Shown here: positions 8,932 to 17,677 of the stretch, one piece after another
Layout of the letters: every line of letters begins with the position of its first letter
Numbering within the stretch: position 1 is the stretch's first letter
From: an uncultured Planctomycetia bacterium
Lineage (GTDB): Bacteria; Planctomycetota; UBA8108; UBA1146
DNA length: 64,000 nucleotides
Assembly: GCA_964422295.1 (NCBI GenBank)
Contig: CAYRAM010000001.1
Location: forward strand, 135,448 to 199,447
Direction: 5' to 3'
The notes under the pieces: generated by a model
What the model was told of the DNA's origin: nothing
Database searches by the model: none
The model's input: only the letters and a program-made list of their open reading frames with translations
Translations under genes and position numbers: made by a program

Positions 8932-11790
8932 GTGCTCATGATTTCAGGATTTTCTTTCCCGACATGGACAAAGATCGTCCATGGTTTGGCTCTGGCGACG
9001 GTGCTGACGGCACCGACGACAGTGTCTGCCCAGTCGTTGGGAAGAGGTCCGTTGACGATGGAGGAAACCCGCTTCGTCAGTGAACTTTTAGGAACCTACG
9101 CCAGTCCTGATCTGGCCAAGGTTTGGATCGGGTCTCGCATCAAGACGGTAGATTCCGGGGGACGCGCAACTCTGGAGTTTGCCCTTGCTGACGCGATGCG
9201 GATTGAAGGAGATGTGGATGGGTATGAGGCGGAGATCCAGAGTCTCGCCAAGAAGTATCCCAATCATCCCCGTTCAAAAGGGGCACAGCTGGAATCAGTG
9301 CTGGCCGCACTCTTGCGCCTCTCCGATGCGAATACGGAGATGGTATTTGCCACCAGCCCGGCAGCACGTCAGCAAGCGCAGGATTTTCGCGATCGAATTT
9401 GGAACGATGAGATCGAAAAGTTGCTTGCGGAGAATATCCGCAGACTCAACGAGCAAGTCTCCCGGACCGAGTCCAAGGTCATGGATGCGAGTGATGCCGA
9501 GAGAAGAGATGAACTGGCGGGGACCCTGGCTGAGGAGACCCGCATCAGGGATCTTTGGGAGTTCAATCGCCTGAATGCCTACAAGGTGTACGCAGCGATG
9601 CTCCCCGATGGCGGTGAAGAGGCACAAGAGAAATTCGTCGCGCTTGCCAATTACGCCAACGAGTTCGTCAATTCCCGTTACGAGAACTTTGGTCGCAGAT
9701 ATGAAGCCCAACTGATCTACGGTCAGGCGCTCTCTTCTGCGGGTCAACCGGAGGAAGCGGCGATGGCTCTGGAGCTCCTCGTCGATATCGAGCCCAGTGC
9801 TGATCCACCCTACAGTGACGATGTGGTCTATTTCATCCGCCAGATGCGGATCGAGGCATTGACCGGATCCCTGCGCGCCTACAATCGATCGGGGCAACCT
9901 CAGGAGGGTCTCGACTTGATTGAATTCCTTTACGAGGACGATCAAGCCAGTTTTCCCTACCGCAGCACTCCCGAAGATCCGGAACTGGCGACGTTGGTCG
10001 CACTTTTGGATGTGGAGGAAGGAGTCACTCGGTTGGCCTCGGGGGATCGCCTTCGCGGATTTGAGTTGATTCGAGGTGTGATCGATCGATTCGATCAGCA
10101 GGAAGCATATTCTGCGGATCCTGCACAGGCGCGAGAAGTGGTCACCGGAATCCAGCGGGGCTTGAGTCGCCTGCAGGAATTGGGTGCGGGAAATCTGCCC
10201 GCTGAATTTTATGCTCGGGCGGCACTCGGTTTCCGCGACCGTGGGCTATCGGAAGAATCGATCGAAACCGCAAAATTGGCGCTGTACACCTCCGATGACA
10301 GCAAGGATGCAGACCGATGGCGCGCTGAGGCACTCTACGAGATCGGTGAATCGAGTGACGCACTCGGCCGCTCCATTGAAGCGGCATTGGCCTACCAAGA
10401 GTTGGCAGAAAATTATCCTGGTTCCCCAATGGTGGCGATGGCTTCTCAAAATTTCTTTGCCATCTCTGGTGACATGGCATCCTCTGATAACGGAGGCTCT
10501 GGAGAAGCGGGCCCATGGAACGAATTGCTCGTTGTCGCCGAAAAGTTGTTTGCCGACAATTCCAAGGGGTTGGGCAGTGAGCAGTTAAAACTGCAGCAAG
10601 CGGTCGAAGCTGAAGTGGAAGGGGATTACCGCAAGGCCCGGGAGCTCTTCCGCAGGATTTCCAGAAATTACAAGGATGGTGGCGTCGAAAAAACGGTTCC
10701 CTTCTTCTTCCGTGCTCGTGCTGGTGCTGCACGGTGTCTGTTCCGATCCAGCAGTGATGTCGAGCAGGCCCGCAAGGATGCCAGTGGGGAGATCCTCCCG
10801 CTCCTGGCTCAAGCCCGGGAAGCACGAAGTATCGGTGGGGAGTCGGTCCTTCGATACGAGTTGGCAAAGATGCATTGGGGAGACAAGGGCAAGGATCCTG
10901 ACGAAGCGATCAAAGCCTTGAATCCTGTTCTCAATGAGCTCAGTGGTGACAGCGTTTACCGGGAAGGGGCCCTTCTCTTCCTTCTCGAAGTCCTCTCTGC
11001 TGAAGGCAAGACGACCGAATCGGAAACGATTCTTGCGGAGCTTCGCAAGGCATGGCCCGGGAGCCAGACATTGGTGGCGGGAACCTATTATCTCATCGAG
11101 GCCTATGCGGCATCGACCGATCGGGCCGATCGTCGTCGTTCGGGAGAATTGGTGCTCGATTGGATCCGCCTCCCCGGATCCGGTTATGAAGAGTCTGGTC
11201 CAGGAGTGCGTCTCGGACTCGCCTCGATCTTGATCGATGGAGGTTTCTCGGCAGAAGCAGCCGGCATGCTCAGTAAGGCCCAAGAGGAAGCGATGGAGAG
11301 CGGTGAGCAGTCGTTGGTCATCGGTGTTTCCTACTTCCTTGCCAAAGCGGCCAACGCAGCGGGAAAGAACCGGGATGCCCTCGACAGCCTCAACGACATC
11401 ATTGAAAACTATGAAGATCTGACCTATGGGGGTTCCTACAATGAAGCCCCCTTTGTTCTGATTCAGAGGGCATCGGCAGAATTGGGTCTTTACCAGGTAG
11501 ATCGTTCAGCGAAGCGATTGAGCGCAATGTCCAAGGACCTGCAGGCAGCCATCGCAATCCTCGACCAAAGAAGAAAGTCACTCCTGTTCTCGGGTGGAAC
11601 CAATCCCGTCTTTGAGAAAGATTATTGGTCTGCCTGGTTGCAGTACATGGAAGTGCTGAAGGCGCAGGATCGTTGTGAGGACGTAGTGCAACTGATCCGC
11701 AGTCGCAGGCTGATGGCGGGGGATGGGAAAGACTTTGCCCCCAGAGATCTCCAGTCACGATTTGACCAACTGGAGAAGGATTGCAAATGA
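8932..11790 (+). CDS. Large secreted TPR-repeat protein (952 aa)
   Basis: Signal peptide (LALATVLTAPTTVSAQS) followed by helical-repeat composition throughout. An AGGTAGGAAG SD-like sequence lies upstream. Confidence 0.7.
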   Translation: MLMISGFSFPTWTKIVHGLALATVLTAPTTVSAQSLGRGPLTMEETRFVSELLGTYASPDLAKVWIGSRIKTVDSGGRATLEFALADAMRIEGDVDGYEAEIQSLAKKYPNHPRSKGAQLESVLAALLRLSDANTEMVFATSPAARQQAQDFRDRIWNDEIEKLLAENIRRLNEQVSRTESKVMDASDAERRDELAGTLAEETRIRDLWEFNRLNAYKVYAAMLPDGGEEAQEKFVALANYANEFVNSRYENFGRRYEAQLIYGQALSSAGQPEEAAMALELLVDIEPSADPPYSDDVVYFIRQMRIEALTGSLRAYNRSGQPQEGLDLIEFLYEDDQASFPYRSTPEDPELATLVALLDVEEGVTRLASGDRLRGFELIRGVIDRFDQQEAYSADPAQAREVVTGIQRGLSRLQELGAGNLPAEFYARAALGFRDRGLSEESIETAKLALYTSDDSKDADRWRAEALYEIGESSDALGRSIEAALAYQELAENYPGSPMVAMASQNFFAISGDMASSDNGGSGEAGPWNELLVVAEKLFADNSKGLGSEQLKLQQAVEAEVEGDYRKARELFRRISRNYKDGGVEKTVPFFFRARAGAARCLFRSSSDVEQARKDASGEILPLLAQAREARSIGGESVLRYELAKMHWGDKGKDPDEAIKALNPVLNELSGDSVYREGALLFLLEVLSAEGKTTESETILAELRKAWPGSQTLVAGTYYLIEAYAASTDRADRRRSGELVLDWIRLPGSGYEESGPGVRLGLASILIDGGFSAEAAGMLSKAQEEAMESGEQSLVIGVSYFLAKAANAAGKNRDALDSLNDIIENYEDLTYGGSYNEAPFVLIQRASAELGLYQVDRSAKRLSAMSKDLQAAIAILDQRRKSLLFSGGTNPVFEKDYWSAWLQYMEVLKAQDRCEDVVQLIRSRRLMAGDGKDFAPRDLQSRFDQLEKDCK

Positions 11791-12899
11791 TGGAGAGAAC
11801 ACCTGCAATGAATCTTGTCTCAACGAAGCTTTTGAAGCGGATCAAGTGGGCCGTGGGATCGATATTGTTCCCATTGTTGATGGTCATGAGTTCAAATGCG
11901 CTTTTTGCCGATCAAATCATCGTGACCGGTGGGCGTAATTACGAAGATGTCACCATCACTGGTGCCACGTACGAGCAGGTGCAGTTCAAGCTTCCGGGAG
12001 TCAGCACCTCTCAAAAGGTGGACGCCGACAAAGTTCTTCAATTGGTGTTTTCAAGGGAGTCATCGAGTCTCGCCAGGGGCAGGGGTGCTTTTGAAAAGGG
12101 AGATTGGGAGACCGCTTCCAATAGTTTCCAATCTGCAAAAAGCATGGGAGATGCACTCAAGAAATCGAGTGCCATGTACATGCACGGCTTGGCGCTGTTG
12201 CGATGGGGTGACACCGATGCGTCCAAATACGCCGCAGCAGTCGATGTGCTGAATGCTTATCTTACCGAATTTGAAGGCAAGAAGGATTTCTATGTTCCCC
12301 ACGCACGCATGGCGCTTTCGGAAGCGCATCGGAAAGCGGGGAATTACTCTGAGGCGGAAAGTGCACTTGCAAATCTTGCATCCGGGAACCTGGGCCGCCG
12401 TTGGGTATTGGGTGCACGCCTGGGCAAAGCCCAGAGTCTGCTCGCCCAAGAGAAGTGGCCCCAGAGCAGAGAAGAATTCTCATCGGTTTCTGGTGACTCG
12501 AATGCGACCACTGATCAGATCTGTCAGGCGTGGATCGGGTATGCCAGTGCGCAGCAAGGTCAAAAGCAGTGGCGGCAGGCTGCAGAGACAGTACGACAAC
12601 AGATTCTGGAAACCCGCGACAAGAACATCTTGGCCAATACTGCGGCGCGTGCCCACGGTTGGCTGGTTTGGGGACGATCGACGGAAGAACAGGCCGGGGG
12701 AGACTCTGCTGAGATGCAGTGGGCGATGATTCGTTATCTGCGAGCAGCAATCATGGCCTCCGGAGCAAATGGCGAGGTACTCGCAGAAGCTCTTTATCGC
12801 GCCAGGGAGTTGGCCAAGAAACAGGGAGATTCTGATAGAGCTGAGAGTTTGACCCAAAGATTGAAGCAGGTAGCTCCAGACTCCCGCTGGAACAAATAA
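11781..12899 (+). CDS. Secreted TPR-repeat protein (372 aa)
   Basis: Signal-peptide-like N-terminus (ILFPLLMVMSSNALFADQ). TPR-like repeats are visible (AAVDVLNAYLTEFEGKKDFYVPHARMALSEAHRKAGNY...). The ORF overlaps the upstream one by 10 nt. Confidence 0.65.
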   Translation: MQMMERTPAMNLVSTKLLKRIKWAVGSILFPLLMVMSSNALFADQIIVTGGRNYEDVTITGATYEQVQFKLPGVSTSQKVDADKVLQLVFSRESSSLARGRGAFEKGDWETASNSFQSAKSMGDALKKSSAMYMHGLALLRWGDTDASKYAAAVDVLNAYLTEFEGKKDFYVPHARMALSEAHRKAGNYSEAESALANLASGNLGRRWVLGARLGKAQSLLAQEKWPQSREEFSSVSGDSNATTDQICQAWIGYASAQQGQKQWRQAAETVRQQILETRDKNILANTAARAHGWLVWGRSTEEQAGGDSAEMQWAMIRYLRAAIMASGANGEVLAEALYRARELAKKQGDSDRAESLTQRLKQVAPDSRWNK

Positions 12900-12917
12900 T
12901 CGAATCATCAAAATTGG

Positions 12918-13709
12918 ATGGTGAGAGAGGAAAGAAAAATGAAGTTGACAGGTTTCATGAGCAAGAATCGGGGGAAGTCAATTTCCCGAATTCTGCTCCT
13001 GACCATCTTTGCAATGACGCTGGCTTTGGGGTCGAGCGTCATCGCTCATGCACAGCCTGAAGAGGCTGCTGCAGAGGAAAAGGAAACGATTTCTGTCCTC
13101 GATAATATTCGCGCAGCGGGGGCGGTCGGTGTGATTCTGATTCTGCTTTCGGGTGCGGGGTTTGCTTTGACCCTGATGCACGGTATGCAGTTGCGACGGG
13201 ATGTCCTGGTGCCGCCCGATTTGCTGGATCATGTCGAGTCGCTCTTTGAGACCGAGGATTACGAGGGGGCTTTGGATGCCCTGGAGCAACAGCCCAGCTT
13301 CCTTTCCAGTGTTCTCGCTGCAGGCCTGCCGAAGATCGATCGACCCTACGACGATATCGAAGATGCCATGGAGGAGGCCGGAGAGATCGAATCTTCCGAA
13401 TTGCATCGGAAGATCAGTTACATCTCGTTGATTGCGGCGATTTCTCCCATGTTGGGGTTGTTGGGTACAGTGATGGGAATGGTTACGGCGTTCAACGTGA
13501 TCGCTACCGAAAAGACATCACCGAAGCCGGCGGATTTGGCAGAAGGAATTTCGGAAGCGTTGATGACCACCATGATGGGATTGATCGTTGCGATCCCAAT
13601 GACGGTTTTCTACTTCATATTGAAAACGATCATCGATGGTGCATCTGTGGAGGTGAGCAGTATCGCTTCTGAGTTGATGTCTCGTTTTGATGATGGTGTC
13701 AACGCCTAA
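12918..13709 (+). CDS. exbB: MotA/TolQ/ExbB-family proton channel
   Basis: Carries the family signature 'SPMLGLLGTVMGMVTAFNVIA' and three TM segments. Confidence 0.85.
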   Translation: MVREERKMKLTGFMSKNRGKSISRILLLTIFAMTLALGSSVIAHAQPEEAAAEEKETISVLDNIRAAGAVGVILILLSGAGFALTLMHGMQLRRDVLVPPDLLDHVESLFETEDYEGALDALEQQPSFLSSVLAAGLPKIDRPYDDIEDAMEEAGEIESSELHRKISYISLIAAISPMLGLLGTVMGMVTAFNVIATEKTSPKPADLAEGISEALMTTMMGLIVAIPMTVFYFILKTIIDGASVEVSSIASELMSRFDDGVNA

Positions 13710-13726
13710 GGCTGGACGGAGCAAGA

Positions 13727-14233
13727 ATGGCACGGAAACAGAAGAAAATACTGAAAAAGAAAGGAGTCGACATGGACATGACGCCCATGATCGACATCGT
13801 TTTCTTGCTCATTGTTTTCTTCATGGTGGTCACAGAACTCACGGTGCAGCAAGCAGAGGTGATTTTGCCGATCGCATCTGAAGCGACCGTTGAGGAGCCT
13901 CAACCCGGTAGCCGAATCTTGTTCATCAACGTCTCCTTTGACAAAGAAGGCAATGAAGTTGTGCAGTTGATGAATAGCTCTCCGCTGACTCCGGAGAGGT
14001 TGCGATTGGAATTGAAACTGGAGGCGGAGGCGTACGGACTTTGGGAAGATAATCCTGTGAACCCCGATCCAAAGATGCGCCTCTCGAAACTCGAGGTGAC
14101 AATTCGTTGTGACCAGGGTGCCGAGAGTGGAAACATTCACAAGATTTTTGCCGCTTGCCAATATGCACGGATTTACCAGGTGCGATGTGCGGCGATTTCA
14201 GAAAGATTTGAGGACCCTTACAACCCTGAGTAG
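13727..14233 (+). CDS. exbD: ExbD/TolR-family protein 1
   Basis: 'MDMTPMIDIVFLLIVFFMV' is the canonical ExbD/TolR N-terminal TM motif. Confidence 0.85.
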   Translation: MARKQKKILKKKGVDMDMTPMIDIVFLLIVFFMVVTELTVQQAEVILPIASEATVEEPQPGSRILFINVSFDKEGNEVVQLMNSSPLTPERLRLELKLEAEAYGLWEDNPVNPDPKMRLSKLEVTIRCDQGAESGNIHKIFAACQYARIYQVRCAAISERFEDPYNPE

Positions 14234-14297
14234 CGGGGTTCGTTGCAGTGAATCCCCCGGAGGATGTCCGTGGTGGAGGAGAAAGAAGGGAGGAAGC

Positions 14298-14810
14298 ATG
14301 GCGAGAAGAAAGATCATCGATCCGGACCGCAACAAGGCAGATGCGGATATGACGCCTATGATTGACGTCGTGTTCCTTCTGTTGATCTTCTTCATGTTGG
14401 CAACCAAGTTCAAAATGCCCGAAGGAACGCTGAGGTCCTATCTCCCTAAGAATCGGGGAGAATCCAACAGCCGTCCGATGTTGTCAGAAAATTGTCGGGT
14501 CACCCTGCTTTATCAGGGGGATCAAGTGGTGGCCTATGCTGATCAGGCGCAGGTCCCAACCAGTGATGTCCTGGAGTCTGATTTCGAGTTGCACACCGGC
14601 GTTCCTGGTCCCGATCTCGATTACATTGAACAGCACATCCTTCGCCGCAGGGATACCTACGTAGCCCTGGGTGATACTGCGACATTGCCTGTTGTCATCG
14701 ATTTTGCAGAAAAAGTTCCGTACAAGTACGTGATCGACGTTTTGAACATTTGCGCCAAGTTAGACATTGAGAACATAGCCTTTGCCCAACCGGAAACTCC
14801 GATGGACTGA
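14298..14810 (+). CDS. exbD: ExbD/TolR-family protein 2
   Basis: 'ADMTPMIDVVFLLLIFFML' motif. Start set at ATG 14298 after GGAGGA. The ORF track's 14109 start would overlap exbD-1. Confidence 0.85.
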   Translation: MARRKIIDPDRNKADADMTPMIDVVFLLLIFFMLATKFKMPEGTLRSYLPKNRGESNSRPMLSENCRVTLLYQGDQVVAYADQAQVPTSDVLESDFELHTGVPGPDLDYIEQHILRRRDTYVALGDTATLPVVIDFAEKVPYKYVIDVLNICAKLDIENIAFAQPETPMD

Positions 14811-14977
14811 GGTGACGTTTCGGAAGTTCGATTGCTTTCGACGTTGTGAAGTTTGCAATTTGCCGATCTCGTCCATTTACCCTTGGAGGGGTGGACGAAA
14901 GAAGAAAGGGTGCTCTCGTGATTGAGACCCATAATCCCCAGAACGGCGCTGTCCCTGCCGTCTCTCGTGGAACCTCC

Positions 14978-17590
14978 ATGCTTCCGGGCAACATCGTTTG
15001 TCTTGGAATCATCGTGCTCCTGTTTTCCGGCTGTAGTGGATCTGCGGATCCGCGTCCAAGCGAGGTGGCATTCGAGCCTCCGCGCAAGGAAGCGAGCTCG
15101 GAAGGACAGGATCTTTTCGCCCGTACCCAGGATCCCGACGACCGCGGTGTCCAAGCCGTTGCCGACGAGGTCAATCTCGCCAGGCAGGCGAATCGAGCTA
15201 CTGCGAATTGGCTCCTGGAACAGGCAAACAAGCTGTTCGCAGAAGCGAATTACGCTGCTGCCGAGCGGGCTTACCGTCGGGCACTCGATGCCGATCCCAC
15301 CCTTCAGGAGGCGAAGGAAAAGTTGTCCCGCTGCCTGATGTTCCTCGGTCGCAGGGACGGTGAGATCCGAACGATTCTTCAGCAGTTCGGTGAAGAGGTT
15401 CGGGTGCTGGAGGAGCAACGTCTCAGTGAGGCCAATCGATTCCTCTCTGATGGCAAGGCTGCTCTCGACGCCGGGAAGATCGACGAGGCTCTCGGTCTGC
15501 TCCAACGCGCAAGAGAGCGACTGATCTGGTTCGATTACGGAGTCGATGTCACCGACATGCAGGCTGAAGCTCAGAGTCTTTATGACACGGCGCGCGGACT
15601 CAAGATCGACATGGACAAGCGGTCGAGAGAGCAGAGAGAAGCCCTCGCCATCGAGGAAGCGGAACGTCTGACGAGGGAAGTTGAAAAGCGTCGCTTGGAG
15701 CGAATCGCAACTCTCATGGATCGCATCGAAGATGCGATGGTTCGTGAGGACTTCCGAGAGGCGATCCAATTGTCGAGGACCATCTTGGGCATCGACCCCG
15801 AGAATCTTGCAGCACGCCGTCTTCAGGATCGTGCCAGCGAGTTTCTTCGTTCCTTCCGCTATGTCAGTTATCTTGGGCGTGAAAAAGAGCAAACCACGCG
15901 GGTCTGGGAAGATTTGGAAGCGAGTGCGATCCCGTACGAGGACCCATTCCGCTTCCCCGAAGACAAGAATTTCTGGCAGGGAGAAGTGCAGAAGCGCCTC
16001 GATGAGCTCTCCAGTTCCAATTTGGAAGAGTCCCCCGAAATCCGCAAAATTCGCCGCACTTTGGCGACCGGTACCACCTCATTTGACTTCCCCGATGCCA
16101 ACTTGGGTGAAGTTGTGGAGTTCCTGCGATCGGTAAGTGATCTCAACATCACCATTGATCCTGAAATCGATGCTGCGGATGTTCCAGTCAACCTGTCATT
16201 GGAAGGCGTCAAACTCGGCGAAGCGCTCGACCTGATCATGAAGGCTACCGGCAAAGCCTTCACATTCAGGGAGAATATCCTCTTCATTACAGAACCGGAA
16301 AATGCCTTTGGCGATCTGATCTTCGATATTTACAACGTGACCGACATTCTCAACAAGATCAGGGATTTCCCTGGTCCGGCGATTCGAGTATCGAGCAATG
16401 ACGAGGGAGAGGACGGAGGTGGTGACAACCCCTTCGACTTCGGTGGCTTCGATGAGGAAGAAGACGCAGAACTGACTCCCGACGATCTCGTGGAGTTGAT
16501 CCAGGAGTCCACCGGTGGTGCAGATGCCTGGGATGAATCCAATTCGACCATCAGTGGTCACAAGGGCCAGATTCTGATCAATGCCACCCGTGAATTGCAC
16601 CTGTCGATTCATGATTTCCTCACCAATCTTCGCGCTAACAGTGACGTCTTTGTCGTCGTGGAAGCTCGATTTATCGACATGGTCGATGATTTCCTTGAGG
16701 ACATCGGGGTCGATTCGAGAAACTTGGGGCAACCTCCCGGGCAAGGTTTTGGTACCGCATACGGGAGTTTGAACAGTTCTGGAACCGGGGGGACCGACAT
16801 CGGTTTCAATAACCTCGGTGATCCGGCAGATCCTCTGCTGGTCATGGGTCAAAATCGAACCGCAGGCCGTATGCAGAATATCCTCGACGGCTTTGTTGGG
16901 GGGGCTGCTGGAAGTCGCCTGAACTCCACACTGCGAGGACTGACGATGCAGGTCACCTGGCTTGACCCCTTCCAGATCAACGCGATCATTCGTGCCAGTC
17001 AGGAAGAGCGTGCTGCGAGGATCGTTACTGCACCCAAAGTGACCGCGTCCAATGGCCAGCGTGTCCATGTCTCTGTGATCACACAGCGCTCCTATGTTCA
17101 GGACTACGAGTTGGTTTCTGGTGGTACAGGACTAGTCGTATCCGAGGTTGCTGACCCGGTGATCGACACCTTCCAGGACGGCGTTGTCCTCGATGTTCGC
17201 CCAGTGATTTCAGCGGATCGGCGTTACATCACTGTGGATGTTCGTCCGACTCTTGCAAGTTTGATCAACGGAGTCATTTCGACGGTAACCATCAGTCTGG
17301 GAACACTTTCGAGTGCGGCGAGTCTCGTAGAAATCGATCTGCCGGAGATTTCGTTGCAGCAGGCGTTTACTTCGGTGACGGTTCCCGATGGCGGTACTGT
17401 TCTATTGGGTGGATTCCGTTCGCTCAATGAACTGAATTACGAATCGACGGTGCCGATTTTGGGGAATATTCCGATTCTCAAAAACGCTTTCCGTCGCAAA
17501 GCGAACCTTAATGAAAAGCGCAGTCTTTACATTCTTGTAACTGCAAAGATTGTCGATCTGCGTGCTGAAGAGCAGAAGTTGTTCAACTAA
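14978..17590 (+). CDS. Secretin (PilQ/GspD family) lipoprotein with N-terminal TPR/coiled-coil region and STN/N0-like domain - secretin paralogue 2
   Basis: The C-terminus carries the secretin signature (VTVPDGGTVLLGGFRSLNELNYESTVPILGNIPILKNAFRRKANLNEKRSLYILVTAKI). Start at ATG 14978 gives the lipobox signal 'MLPGNIVCLGIIVLLFSGCSG'. Its architecture parallels secretin 1 (ARERLIWFDYGVDVTD vs ILERIRWFPFDYDLSD). Confidence 0.85.
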   Translation: MLPGNIVCLGIIVLLFSGCSGSADPRPSEVAFEPPRKEASSEGQDLFARTQDPDDRGVQAVADEVNLARQANRATANWLLEQANKLFAEANYAAAERAYRRALDADPTLQEAKEKLSRCLMFLGRRDGEIRTILQQFGEEVRVLEEQRLSEANRFLSDGKAALDAGKIDEALGLLQRARERLIWFDYGVDVTDMQAEAQSLYDTARGLKIDMDKRSREQREALAIEEAERLTREVEKRRLERIATLMDRIEDAMVREDFREAIQLSRTILGIDPENLAARRLQDRASEFLRSFRYVSYLGREKEQTTRVWEDLEASAIPYEDPFRFPEDKNFWQGEVQKRLDELSSSNLEESPEIRKIRRTLATGTTSFDFPDANLGEVVEFLRSVSDLNITIDPEIDAADVPVNLSLEGVKLGEALDLIMKATGKAFTFRENILFITEPENAFGDLIFDIYNVTDILNKIRDFPGPAIRVSSNDEGEDGGGDNPFDFGGFDEEEDAELTPDDLVELIQESTGGADAWDESNSTISGHKGQILINATRELHLSIHDFLTNLRANSDVFVVVEARFIDMVDDFLEDIGVDSRNLGQPPGQGFGTAYGSLNSSGTGGTDIGFNNLGDPADPLLVMGQNRTAGRMQNILDGFVGGAAGSRLNSTLRGLTMQVTWLDPFQINAIIRASQEERAARIVTAPKVTASNGQRVHVSVITQRSYVQDYELVSGGTGLVVSEVADPVIDTFQDGVVLDVRPVISADRRYITVDVRPTLASLINGVISTVTISLGTLSSAASLVEIDLPEISLQQAFTSVTVPDGGTVLLGGFRSLNELNYESTVPILGNIPILKNAFRRKANLNEKRSLYILVTAKIVDLRAEEQKLFN

Positions 17591-17616
17591 GCCTGATACT
17601 CAGGGATGGTTATTGG

Positions 17617-17669
17617 GGGTCGCCACCGGGTGGAAATCTCGGTGGCGACCCTCGTGCCTTGAACGAGGG
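17617..17669 (+). terminator. Two overlapping, mutually exclusive GC-rich hairpins downstream of secretin 2; no U-tract
   Basis: Hairpin A is GGGTCGCCACC(17617-27) paired with GGTGGCGACCC(17641-51). Hairpin B is CCCTCG(17649-54) paired with CGAGGG(17664-69). The two share 17649-51. Confidence 0.45.
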
Positions 17670-17677
17670 TGAGTGAG

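Noticed and set aside
10142-11283. Two overlapping minus-strand ORFs (241 and 232 aa)
   Set aside because: Both are antisense to the 952-aa TPR protein. They are Arg/Pro/Cys-rich, which is compositional noise.
14109-14297. Upstream extension of exbD-2 ORF
   Set aside because: It would overlap exbD-1 by 125 nt. An ATG with GGAGGA at 14298 starts exactly at the conserved ExbD N-terminus.
14657-15892. 411-aa ORF on the minus strand
   Set aside because: It is entirely antisense to exbD-2 and the 5' half of secretin 2, both of which have strong family signatures. It has no recognisable motif. This is a typical shadow ORF of a high-GC genome.
16196-17068. 290-aa minus-strand ORF
   Set aside because: Antisense to the secretin-2 core and compositionally biased (S/T/P/G-rich) as expected for an out-of-frame reading of a GC-rich gene.
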